DNA from: Piromyces finnis finn | Taxonomy: Eukaryota > Fungi > Neocallimastigomycota | NCBI GenBank assembly: GCA_002104945.1 | Contig: MCFH01000046.1 | Coordinates: 186,001-250,000, forward strand | Length of the DNA stretch: 64,000 bases | Direction: 5' to 3' | Made by a program: the position numbers and the translations under genes | In this document: piece by piece, positions 29,236 through 40,186 of the stretch | How positions within the stretch are numbered: position 1 is the first letter of the stretch | Layout: each line of letters opens with the position of its first letter | Notes under the pieces: generated by a model | The model's database searches: none | What the model was told of the DNA's origin: nothing | Seen by the model: the letters and a program-made list of their open reading frames with translations, nothing else

Positions 29236-32200
29236 ATGGCACAGTAAGTATCTATATTTGATATAAAATAAGATTTAAAATTATTTATAAAATAAACAAT
29301 ATATTAAAAATTGTATATTATAAAATTAAAATCCTACAAATATCGAATAAATAATAATTTTATTTTATAATGAAAAAAAATACAAATAGAATCCTAGTGC
29401 AATCAAAAACAATTAAGGATACTTCATTACATGTTAAGCTTCCTTTAAAGAGACATGCTTATGGCTATCCATTCTTACCATTTTATTGTATTTGGGTATA
29501 TTTAATTTTATTCCATTACAATTCTATATTTGGTTCTATTGAAGCCGCTTACGTTTCTCTTATTGGTGTAGCAACAATTCATGCTTTGGTATTTTTAATT
29601 TGTCAATGGAGTATTAGTATCAAGGCTAAATTGACTTGTAAAACTGTATATACTGAAAATATAATATATAATTATTATTACTTTTTTTTTTTATTTTAAT
29701 ATATAATATATAATTTTATTTTAAAGAATAATTTAAAAGTTTGCTAATACAATATTCATATGAAACCAATTTTAAATCAATACTTTGATATAGGTTTCTG
29801 ATATAAAAGTTGCAGATGTAATCAAGGTCATTCCAATTGCCAATCATGGATCTGGTGCTTTTTGTGATATTAAGAGATCATATGTTGATTCTTCAGATGG
29901 AAAGGTATTATTATATTATATTATATTATATAATTTAAATTTCAGATATTAATATTTTTATCATTTTATTTTCTTCATAATATTAATAATAGACTGAAAT
30001 TATTTATTTCTTTTTCCAAAAAAGAAAATACATTTGGGACGAAGAAAAGAAAAGCTTTAAGAAACTTGATTTTATATGTAATAATGATGTTTCTATTGAA
30101 CATTACAAGGAAAAATATGGTTTAGTTTCTGAAAAGGAAATTCAATTTGTTAAGCAAAAATATGGTGAAAATAAGTAAGATAATCTATTGAATTATAATT
30201 TATCTATATTATAATGTCTTAAAAAATAACTTTTTTATATTAAATTATATATGAAGTTTTGATATTCCAATTCCTCCATTTATGGATTTATTCAAGGAAC
30301 ATATTGTTGCTCCATTATTTGTTTTCCAAATTTTCTGTGTTGCTCTTTGGTTCTTAGATGAAATGTGGTACTATTCATTATTTACATTAGTTATGCTTTT
30401 TGTTTTTGAATCTACACTCGTTTTCCAAGTAATTCTAAAGCTTCATTAATATATATAATAATGATTCACAACTATATATAAATATATTTATAAATACAAA
30501 ATTATTATATAATTTTTTTTAACTAATTAATTATGTTTTTTTTCTCCATATTAACTATTTTAAACAATGAATTTAATTCTCAATTTTTTTTAACTTAATG
30601 ATATATATTTCGAAATTAATAGAGACTTAGAAATTTAAAAGAAATGCGTTCAATGGTTATGACTCCATATTCAATCAATGTTTATCGCAAGAATAAATGG
30701 GTTAAAGTAATGACTGATCAATTATTACCTGGTGATTTAGTTTCAGTTGTTAATCCAAAGAATGACGAACAACAAGTTCCATGTGATTTACTTATTATAA
30801 ATGGATCATGTATTGTCAATGAAGCTATGCTTTCAGGTGAATCTACTCCACAATTAAAAGAATCTATTGAAGTTCTTGACACTGATACAATTTACAATAT
30901 TAACAAGCAAAAAAATAATACCCTTTATGGTGGTACTAAAGTTCTTCAAGTTGTTCAACCAGAAAAATACCCAATTGAAGCACCACCAGATAATGGTTGT
31001 CTTGCTACTGTTCTTAGAACTGGTTTTGGTACTTCTCAAGGTAAATTAGTTCGTACTATTATTTATAGTACTGAACGTGTTTCTGCCAACAATTGGGAAT
31101 CATATGTCTTTATTCTTATTCTTCTTGTTTTTGCCATTTTTGCTTCTGCTTACCTTTGGATTGAAGGTAGTAAGAATGAGTTACGTAAGCGTAATAAGCT
31201 TATTTTAGATTGTATCTTGACTTTAACATCAGTTGTTCCCCCAGAACTTCCAATGGAACTTTCTCTTGCTGTTAATAATTCACTTATTGCTCTTTCTAAA
31301 CTTTTTATTTTCTGTACTGAACCATTCCGTATCCCATATGCAGGAAAAATTGATGTTTGTTGTTTCGATAAAACTGGTACTTTAACAAAAGAAGATTTAA
31401 TTGTTGAAGGTATTAGTGGCATTAAGAATGATTCAAAGGAAATTAAAAGTGTTGATGCAAGTCCAGAAGAAACTAATTTAGTTATCGCAGCAGGACATTC
31501 TCTTGTTCTTGTTGATAAAAAGGTTGTTGGTGATCCAATGGAAGTTGCTGCTTTAAAGGCTACTAAGTGGACTTTAGATAGTAATGATATTGTAATTGAA
31601 AAGAATGTTGAAACTAAGGGTAAGAAGAGAATCATTAGAATTAATCGTAGATTTGCATTTTCATCAGCTCTCAAGCGTATGTCTACCATTGCTACTCTTC
31701 AAGATTCTAATGGTGCTTCAAGTATCTTTGTTGCTACAAAGGGTGCACCTGAAGTTTTAAAGCCAATGTTTACTTCAGTTCCAAGTTATTATGATGATTT
31801 ATACAAATACTGGGCTAGAAATGGTAGTCGTGTTATTGCTCTTGGTTATAAAAAAACCAACTTAAATGTTTCAGCTATTCGTAATATTACTAGAAATGAA
31901 GTCGAATGTGATTTAACTTTTGTTGGTTTCCTCTTATTTGAATGTCCATTGAAGGAAGATTCTGCAGAGGCTATTGATATGTTAAATAATTCTTCTCATC
32001 GTGTTGTTATGATTACTGGTGATAATGCCTTAACAGCTTGTCATGTTGCTAAGCAAGTTGAAATTGTAAAGAGACCAGTATTAATTTTAGATAAGCATGA
32101 TAATAAATTACAATGGCAAAATATTGATGAATCTTTAACTATTGATATGGAACCAGATAGTGAAACTATTGATTCTAGAATTTATGAGCATGATCTTTGT

Positions 32201-33596
32201 ATTACTGGTAAGGCATTAAATGAAATTAAAGATAAGAAATGTTACAAAATTTTATTGCCTCGTATTTGGGTTTATTCTAGAGTATCACCAGTTGATAAGG
32301 AAACTATTGTATTAGCTCTTAAATCCAAAGGATTCTTTACTCTTATGTGTGGTGATGGTACTAATGATGTTGGTGCTTTAAAACAAGCTCATGTTGGTGT
32401 TGCTTTACTTAACTGTACTAAGGAAGATTTAGAAAAAATCCAAAAAAGAGCTATGGAAGAAAGAAGATTACAACTTATCAAACAACAACAAGAATTATAT
32501 GCCAAATGGGGTGTTCAACCACCACCAAATGCTTTTGGTGGCAATGTTAATAACCAAACTATGCAACAACAAAAGATTCAAAAGATGCAAAAAGATTTAA
32601 TGGATGGTCTTGATGAAGATGTTCCAGTTATTAAATTTGGTGATGCTTCTGTTGCCTCTCCATTCACTTCAAAAATATCTTCTGTTATGTCTGTTGTTAA
32701 TATTATTAAACAAGGTCGTTGTACTCTCGTTGCCACTAACCAAATGTATAAGATTTTAGCCTTAAATTCTTTAATTAGTGCATACAGTCTTTCAGTTTTA
32801 TATTTAGCAGGTATTAAACAAGGTGACTGGCAAGCTACTATTGCTGGTTTCTTAATTACTATTTGTTTCTTTGGTGTTGCTAAATCTAAGCCATTAGATA
32901 GATTATCAAAAGAAAGACCACAAACCAATATTTTTAGTATTTATTTGATGATTTCTATTTTCGGTCAAGTTTTCGTTCATCTTGCTTCTTTAATTTATAT
33001 TCGTATGGAAGCTATTAAATATTCTGAAGAAATGGAAGAAGAAATTGATTTAGATTCTGCTTTCAAACCAACTCTTTTGAATAGTGCTGTCTATTTAATT
33101 TCCTTAATGATGCAAATTTCCACTTTTGCTATTAACTATGAAGTAATTTTTTAATAAAAATTATATTTAATTAATTATATATATAAAATATATTAATTTT
33201 ATGTTATATATTATATCTTTTATATGAACATCTAGGGTCGTCCATTCAGAGAAGGTATCCGTGAAAATAAGCCATTATTCAACAGTTTACTTATGGTTAC
33301 TGCCATTGCTGTCGCTGCTGGTTTAGAATTATCTCCATCATTAAATGAAAAGATGCAATTAGTTCCATTCCCAGAAGAAGTAATTTTATTATTATTATTA
33401 TTAATATTATTATTACTATTATTGTTAAGGATAAATATTAATTTTTTTTTTTTTTTTTTAAATACTTTAAATATAGTTCAAGATTAAGTTAGTTTCAACT
33501 ATGGCTTTTGATTTCTTTGGTGCGGGTTTTATTGAAGTTGTCTCAAAGAAATTATTCTGTAATGATAAACCAAAGAAAGAATTATTATTAGAATAA
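29236..33596 (+). CDS. SPF1: P5A-type ATPase Spf1/Cod1 (ATP13A1), multi-exon
   Basis: SGES (A domain), PPELPMEL (P5A TM4 signature), [44 protein letters not shown]. Confidence 0.96.
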
Positions 33597-34141
33597 GAAT
33601 TTTTCTTAAAAAAAAAAACAACAAATAATATAAATACGTATATATTAATTTTTTAAATCTACATAAAATTTTAAGAAAAGATAATAGAATGTTAATATTT
33701 TTTATCATAATAAGGAATATTTCATACATAGAGAATAAATAACATAAGGGAAATGTTTTATAAAAAAAATTTTTTTTATTTATCTATTTTCAGAATAAAA
33801 AAAAAAATAAAATAAAAATTAATAATAAAATTTCTTTTATTTATATAATTAAAACTCTTAATAAACATAAATAATAATAATAAATAATAAAAATAATAAT
33901 AATAAATAATAAAAATAATAATAATAAACTAATTTAATTATAAAAAAACTTGGATTATAAGGATTTTTATTTATTAAATATAAATATATAAATATATATT
34001 ATTATCAAAGAATATAAATAATATAAAAAATGGTAATTTATATATTTGAATTTGAATAGTAATAATTTAGTTAGTTATAATTCCAATCTAGTATATAATT
34101 GTACAAAAATATTCTATAAAGGAAGATATATAAAATTTAAT

Positions 34142-34386
34142 CCCTCTTGGGAACGTGCCTTCATTTATTTAATAAATGTAGTTTCTCAAGGGGGTCTACT
34201 CATGCTCATGGTACTGAGAGAGTAGAAAGAATTAAATCCAAGTATTGCGCAATGGATGCTTGGTGCCCTCTTAGGAACGTGCCTTCATTTATTTATTAAT
34301 GGAGTTTATCAAGGGGGTCTACTCATGCTCATGGTACTGAGAGAGTAGAAAGAATTAAATCCAAGCATTGCGCAATGGATGCTTGG
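34142..34386 (+). repeat. Two tandem ~124-bp monomers at the LINE 5' end, plus a degenerate third module at 34418-34479
   Basis: ccctcttRggaacgtgccttcattt...caagggggtctactcatgctcatggtactgagagagtagaaagaattaaatccaagYattgcgcaatggatgcttgg starts at 34142 and again at 34266. Confidence 0.95.
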
Positions 34387-35037
34387 TTAGTCTTTAAGGG
34401 AAAATTATTAGGACTAAGCTCATGGTACTGAGCGATTAAAAAACATTTTATTCATCGAATTTAAGTATTTGATGAATAAGTTGAATGTTTGATATTCAGG
34501 TAAGTTTGTATAGTATTTAATTAGAAGAGTAATACATTTTGTTGCTGTATTTTTTTCTTTTATTCATGTATTCATGTAGTACTACTCTTCTCTTGTAAGA
34601 ATCCAATGTAGTCAACTTTAGCATTTGCATTGTATTTTTATATTCATGTAGCTATTGTTGTATTGTTTCTTGTAAGAGACTGATTCACTCTACATCATGT
34701 AAAAATACTATTCACAAGCTTTCTGGTGTCGACATTCTTGATTCAAATTTTTTACCAATTTAAATATTTAATGAAAAGTAAAGTCAAACAATTTTAGTGT
34801 CAAAAAGCGAATCGAATTTACTAACAACAAACCAAAACTAGAATTTTTAAAGAAAATTTACAACTAGAATTCAAAAAAAAAAAAAGAAACTTTAAACAAA
34901 GCATCGTAACAATTTTTGTTCTATCCAGTACTTTTAAGAAGAGAGAGAGAGACAGATTTTTTTCCATATACGTTATATTTGTAATTTTTATTAGTATTTA
35001 TTTTATATTCAATATTTTTTAATTAGAATTTATTATC

Positions 35038-38000
35038 ATGTCAGTCCTTTATATTAAAGATAAGAATTATATCAGACGTGGTACCCGGTCTTATGGTATC
35101 CCCTTAGATGATATTCGCTCCTTCTTTATCCGTGGTATTCGATCATGGTCAGTAAATATGCTATGGGAAAAACTCGAGGTTATTCTAGAAGATAAATTTA
35201 ATTCAGTTATTAGTGTTAAATATTTTCAGACTTTCAATGATCACTTTTTCTTAGTCAAGGTTCATGGTTCATCGAAAGATTGTATTAAAATCTTACACAT
35301 GTTAAAGAAGAAACTTTCAGTTACCTCAATTTCCTTTTCAGCTCGTAGTAGAAGGAATCACAAATACACTTTTTCCACTCTCAAACGTAAAATTTTAGTT
35401 TCTAATAAACATCAACATTCTATTCAACAATCATTTCAACAATCAGTTCAACAATCTCATCAACAATCCGATCTTCAACTAGATCTTCAACAAGATCTTC
35501 AACAAGTTTCCAATCATGAAAATATTCCAGATCTACAGCAAACACAATTTCAATCTCAACATTCAACAATTAATTCTAATAGCTCTATCAACTCTGATAA
35601 CAGTTCAATAGTTGATAGTTCTTCAGTTTCACAGCCATCTAGTAATAGTTCTACTTATTCCTCTGATGCATCATCCATTAATAACGATGACTTTAATAAT
35701 AATAATAATAGCAACGATTCTTCCTCATCCAACAAGCCTGATAACTTTTCTTTTTGTCTTAGTTGGAACACCAATGGGTGGAATCACGAAAAGAGAGATA
35801 GTATTAGCTATTTCACAGCTATTTTCAAACCATTATTTTTATGTTTCCAAGAAACTGGTAATGGTTCTGGATCGAATACAGATTATCCTTGTCGTGTTAC
35901 TTTGCGAAACTATAGACACTTTTTCAAGAAAGCTGACGAATCAGTTCCGGGAATGAGAGGTTTATATTTAGGTTTTCACAATTCATGTCAAGCCTCACTT
36001 GAAAACTTCTCTGGAAAGTATATTATTTCTATTTATACTTTTAGTCTCTGGAATAGATTCAAATGCTCGATTGGAAATGTTTATATGCCTCATAGTCATC
36101 ACAACATCTATGTTGATCATGCAAAGTTAGAAGTTCGCTTGTGGTTACAAACTCATTCATCCCATCCATCGATTCTTGTTGGTGATTTTAATATGTCTAA
36201 AGTAAAATTATCCAACTGGTTATCAACTAATGGATTAGGAGATTGGGAAATTCTTCCGCTTAGAGGGTCTACTATCTCTTGGACTCGAGGTGATCAATCT
36301 TCCGACATTGACCATGCTCTTATCAATTCGAAGATGAAAGATCTTATTCACTCAGGATCATTTATAAATAATTTTTATCCTGTATCAGACCATAAGCCAC
36401 TTCTTATTAATGGTAAAATTATTCCTATGGAAGATTTTTCTAATGACTTTAATGTTCCTAAGAAAATTCTGAAATGGAATAGATTAAAATGTATTGAGGA
36501 AAAGGAATCTATTCTCAGTCATAATAAATTCCAAATACTTTCAGCAAAATCCAACGATCCTAATGTTTCTACAGATGAACTTTCCAAAGAGTTTACTTCA
36601 ACTGCTTTTTCAATTGCAGACGAGCTCAGTATTACTTCAGCAAATAATGTTATAAAGTCTTCATTTCATATTTCACAACAAATTTTTAATCTTCAAAAAA
36701 TCAAAATGAAGTTGTATAAGAGATTTAAAAAAGAAAGAATTTATGATATAGATGAATTTATTAAAAGAATTAAAATCTACCGTAAACTCATTGATTACAT
36801 CCACAAAAGATGTAATGAATTTAGGAAGCAAGAATATCTTCATTGGATTAAAACAGGATGTGAGTATATGAAGAGTCATAATCCTAAGAAGGCCTGGAAA
36901 TGGATCAAGAAAACTGCAAAAATTGGAAAAGATTCTTTCTTTATTGCTCAACCAATTAAAAATAAAAATGGAGAATTAGTTGTTGCTACGGAAGAACAAC
37001 TAGATGTGTGGCATGATCATTTCGAAAATCTTGCATCAGACCCAAGTGGTGTAAGTCTTGATTTGGAGCATTGGTATGAAGAACCAACGAATAAACGTTT
37101 TTCACTTCCTATGCTTGATGAGTGGGATATCAACCAAGATATTAGTATTGATGAAGTCAAGTCAGCTATCCTCACTACTCCAAATTATAAAGCATCAGGT
37201 CCGGATGGTATTCCAATTGAATTTTACAAAGCATTAGTTCCATCAAGTAATGATTCTAATAATGCTACAGATAATAATTCTTCTGGTAATACTACTTCAG
37301 ATAATGATGCTCATGGTTTAAATTTTATTCTTAAATTATTCAACCGTATTTGGGATGGAGATTTCCCCAACTCATGGAATGAATCCAGTATTGTTTCTAT
37401 TCCTAAGAAGGGAGATTTGACAGATTGTGATAACTATCGAGGTATATCACTTATCAATAATGGTATTAAGTTGATTTCCAAAATTGTCACCACTAGAATC
37501 TCAGAATATGGTTTAAAGAATAATTTCATTAGACCTGAACAATTTGGTTTTCGAAAAAAAGAAGAAAGTATTAGTCTCTTCATTTCAATCCAAGAAATAT
37601 GCCGTAGACGTCAATTAGATAATAAAGAGACATATTTGGCCTTTTTAGATCTCAGGAAAGCATACGATTCAGTCCCAATCGGTAATATTCTCCATAAATT
37701 AGATTGTTTAGGAATCCGAGGTAAGAGTCTACAATTTATCAAAAATTTATATTTAACATCTAAGGCTAATGTCAAATTAGATGGACAATTCTCGAAATCT
37801 TTTGATGTGAAGAAAGGAGTCCGTCAAGGTTGCCCTCTTTCTCCTATTCTCTTTAATCTCTTTATTAATGATATATTTAGAGAGTGCGAAGATCTAGGAG
37901 TCAGTTTAGGTGACACTCGATGCTGTGGTGGACTTTTTGCAGATGATATAGTTATTTGTGCTCCAACAAGAGGATGCTTAAAAAAGATGCTTAGAAGAGT

Positions 38001-39561
38001 TAATGAATGGGCATTGTATAATGAAATGGAATTTGGTATCCAGAAATGTTCAACGATGGTGATTCGTCCTGAATCAATAGAAAATCAGAACAAGAGAGAT
38101 CCAACATTTTACTTAGCAGGACAACCCATTCCAACTACTGATTGTTATACTTATCTTGGTGTTCCATTTGATAAGAATCTGTCCCTTAAACCAGTAATTA
38201 AAGCTCTTAATAACAAGGTTTTGAAAGGGCTTTTCTCAGTCAGTAAATTCTTAAGAAATCCTAATATTCCTATTCCTTTCAAAAAACTAGTACTTAACTC
38301 ACAAGTGATTAGCAGAGTTTCATACTTTGCACCATTACTTGGATCCAACAAAGCTAGGTCTAGGATTGCTCAGAAGCATGTTAACAAAGGAATACGATGG
38401 GTTGCCGGAGTTCATAAAGCTGTATCGTTTATATCTTTATACTCTATTTCAAAAGATTTGAATATTCCTCCATTGTCAGCCAAATGTGCGTTAGCTCAGG
38501 TTAGATGTTTTAACAAATGGAAAAACTCAAATTGTATTATCTCACACCTTGTCAATTACATTCCTAAATTTAGAAAATACACGTGGTGCAAATCAAGTAG
38601 GACACTTGATAAAAAATTAAAGAAACATGGAGATGTTAAAGCAATTAAAAACTTTTATTGGAAAGATCTCAAAGGGAATTCAATCAAAGCGCAATATTAT
38701 GATGATAATAAATTTATTGAAACTAAAGATTTTATTAAATTATGTTATGAGTACCCAGAGTTTGCCTATGGCTTCTACTGGCTATTGAAAGCAAGAAGCG
38801 GATACAAGTTGGATGCTAGAGTTGCCAAAGCTGCCAAATTTGTTGATCCAGTTTGTCCTAACTACTGTCCATGTTGCAAGTGTGGAGATCAAAGTATTAA
38901 ACATTGGTTATTAGATTGTCCAACATTTAGAGATATCCGTATTAAACATTATGATTCTATAGTCCAGCTATTAAATTTTTTCAGTCAACGTAATTCCAAT
39001 AGTCCTATCAATAATAATGAAATTGATAATATCAGTAGAGATAGTAATAACATTAATAGTAATAGTAACAATAGTAGTAATAACAATAGTAATAGTAACA
39101 ATAGTAATAGTAACAATAGTAATAATAACAATAATAGAAATAATAATATTAGTAATGATAGCAATAGTGAAGATAATAATTCTAATTTAGATAGTAATTT
39201 AGTTAATGATAGTAATAGTTCTAATAATCCGGTGAATATTAATGTGTATGATTATTCTAGTGTGTGCAGTAAAATATTTAAATTCCTTCTTGGGGGAAGA
39301 AGTTTTAACAATATTAATTACAATTCAAGGGAATGGAAAGAACTTTGTAAGCGTCAGATTCAATCTGGTACTAACGAAGGAACACCATTCTTGACGGTAA
39401 CCGCGGAACTTCTAACCAAAATCATGCCTTTTGCTATTGGCCAGCAATGGTCAATGTTCAAAAGGTTTGAAGCAACATCCAAGAGCGTCAATGCTGAAGA
39501 AACAGTAAGACAGGCCAGGAGGGCCAGCGCAACCAATGGAGATCATAATTTTGTTCCATGA
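35038..39561 (+). CDS. LINE polyprotein, 1507 aa: N-terminal putative RRM-like domain, apurinic-like endonuclease, reverse transcriptase, CCHC zinc knuckle
   Basis: APE motifs SWNTNG, LCFQET, ILVGDFN, DIDHAL, SDHKP. RT motifs GPDGIP, NYRGISLIN, AFLDLRKAYDSV, GVRQGCPLSPILFNLFIND, LFADD, YTYLGV. CPCCKCGDQSIKHWLLDCP. Intronless. Confidence 0.97.
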   Translation: MSVLYIKDKNYIRRGTRSYGIPLDDIRSFFIRGIRSWSVNMLWEKLEVILEDKFNSVISVKYFQTFNDHFFLVKVHGSSKDCIKILHMLKKKLSVTSISFSARSRRNHKYTFSTLKRKILVSNKHQHSIQQSFQQSVQQSHQQSDLQLDLQQDLQQVSNHENIPDLQQTQFQSQHSTINSNSSINSDNSSIVDSSSVSQPSSNSSTYSSDASSINNDDFNNNNNSNDSSSSNKPDNFSFCLSWNTNGWNHEKRDSISYFTAIFKPLFLCFQETGNGSGSNTDYPCRVTLRNYRHFFKKADESVPGMRGLYLGFHNSCQASLENFSGKYIISIYTFSLWNRFKCSIGNVYMPHSHHNIYVDHAKLEVRLWLQTHSSHPSILVGDFNMSKVKLSNWLSTNGLGDWEILPLRGSTISWTRGDQSSDIDHALINSKMKDLIHSGSFINNFYPVSDHKPLLINGKIIPMEDFSNDFNVPKKILKWNRLKCIEEKESILSHNKFQILSAKSNDPNVSTDELSKEFTSTAFSIADELSITSANNVIKSSFHISQQIFNLQKIKMKLYKRFKKERIYDIDEFIKRIKIYRKLIDYIHKRCNEFRKQEYLHWIKTGCEYMKSHNPKKAWKWIKKTAKIGKDSFFIAQPIKNKNGELVVATEEQLDVWHDHFENLASDPSGVSLDLEHWYEEPTNKRFSLPMLDEWDINQDISIDEVKSAILTTPNYKASGPDGIPIEFYKALVPSSNDSNNATDNNSSGNTTSDNDAHGLNFILKLFNRIWDGDFPNSWNESSIVSIPKKGDLTDCDNYRGISLINNGIKLISKIVTTRISEYGLKNNFIRPEQFGFRKKEESISLFISIQEICRRRQLDNKETYLAFLDLRKAYDSVPIGNILHKLDCLGIRGKSLQFIKNLYLTSKANVKLDGQFSKSFDVKKGVRQGCPLSPILFNLFINDIFRECEDLGVSLGDTRCCGGLFADDIVICAPTRGCLKKMLRRVNEWALYNEMEFGIQKCSTMVIRPESIENQNKRDPTFYLAGQPIPTTDCYTYLGVPFDKNLSLKPVIKALNNKVLKGLFSVSKFLRNPNIPIPFKKLVLNSQVISRVSYFAPLLGSNKARSRIAQKHVNKGIRWVAGVHKAVSFISLYSISKDLNIPPLSAKCALAQVRCFNKWKNSNCIISHLVNYIPKFRKYTWCKSSRTLDKKLKKHGDVKAIKNFYWKDLKGNSIKAQYYDDNKFIETKDFIKLCYEYPEFAYGFYWLLKARSGYKLDARVAKAAKFVDPVCPNYCPCCKCGDQSIKHWLLDCPTFRDIRIKHYDSIVQLLNFFSQRNSNSPINNNEIDNISRDSNNINSNSNNSSNNNSNSNNSNSNNSNNNNNRNNNISNDSNSEDNNSNLDSNLVNDSNSSNNPVNINVYDYSSVCSKIFKFLLGGRSFNNINYNSREWKELCKRQIQSGTNEGTPFLTVTAELLTKIMPFAIGQQWSMFKRFEATSKSVNAEETVRQARRASATNGDHNFVP

Positions 39562-39795
39562 CAAAATTTTGATCTTTGGCTCGGTGTCCCATTGGAAGTC
39601 AAATACAATTATTATACTTTAGTATGATAGTGGCTTTCTTACTTTAATTAAAATTACTAGAATACATTATACCCAATTTTTATTCATTTGTGTTTATTTA
39701 AACATATTTTTTTTATTTTTATTTATTTTTAATTTTTTATTACATGTATTATAATTTTAATTAAATTAATAATAAAGTTTAAAATATTTGATGCC

Positions 39796-39840
<45 letters not shown>

Positions 39841-40186
39841 AATTTAAAAATTTTATTAATCTTGACCAAACTTTTAATTAATAAAAAAAAATTATTATAT
39901 TATAATTAATTGAATATGTTTAAAGAAACTATTTTATTATTATTAATATTTTACTTTTATTATATCTAAATTTATATATGAGTTATTATGAATTGGTTCT
40001 CTTTTCTATTATAAAAAAAAGAAAAGTGTCTATTTATTCCATTCCATTTATATTTTAAATATATTATTAAAAATTACAACTAAAATAAAATTATAAGAAA
40101 GAAAAAATAGGAAGATTTAGAATTCAATCTAATAAAACTAATAAAATTCAAAATTGGTAGGAAAAGGCGTTCTTTCTTATGTATGT

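Larger units (their letters stand above)
34141..39835 (+). mobile_element. Full-length non-LTR (LINE-type, APE-RT) retrotransposon with ~0.9-kb 5' UTR, single ORF, 3' UTR and poly(A)
   Basis: A37 tail at 39799-39835. Identical 13-mer ATATAAAATTTAA at 34128-34140 and 39835-39847 (candidate TSD). GC content rises abruptly at 34142. Intact APE-RT ORF. Confidence 0.88.

Noticed and set aside
34142-34479. Known ribozyme (hammerhead, HDV-like, twister) at the LINE 5' end
   Set aside because: CTGAGAG...GAAA does not fit CUGANGA, and no HDV L3/P1.1 or twister core was found on either strand by eye. Kept only as an unknown structured RNA.
34560-34760. Possible LTR end and primer-binding site (TGTAAG..., TGGTGTCG)
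   Set aside because: No second LTR, TGG does not follow an LTR-terminal CA, and there is no gag, protease or integrase.
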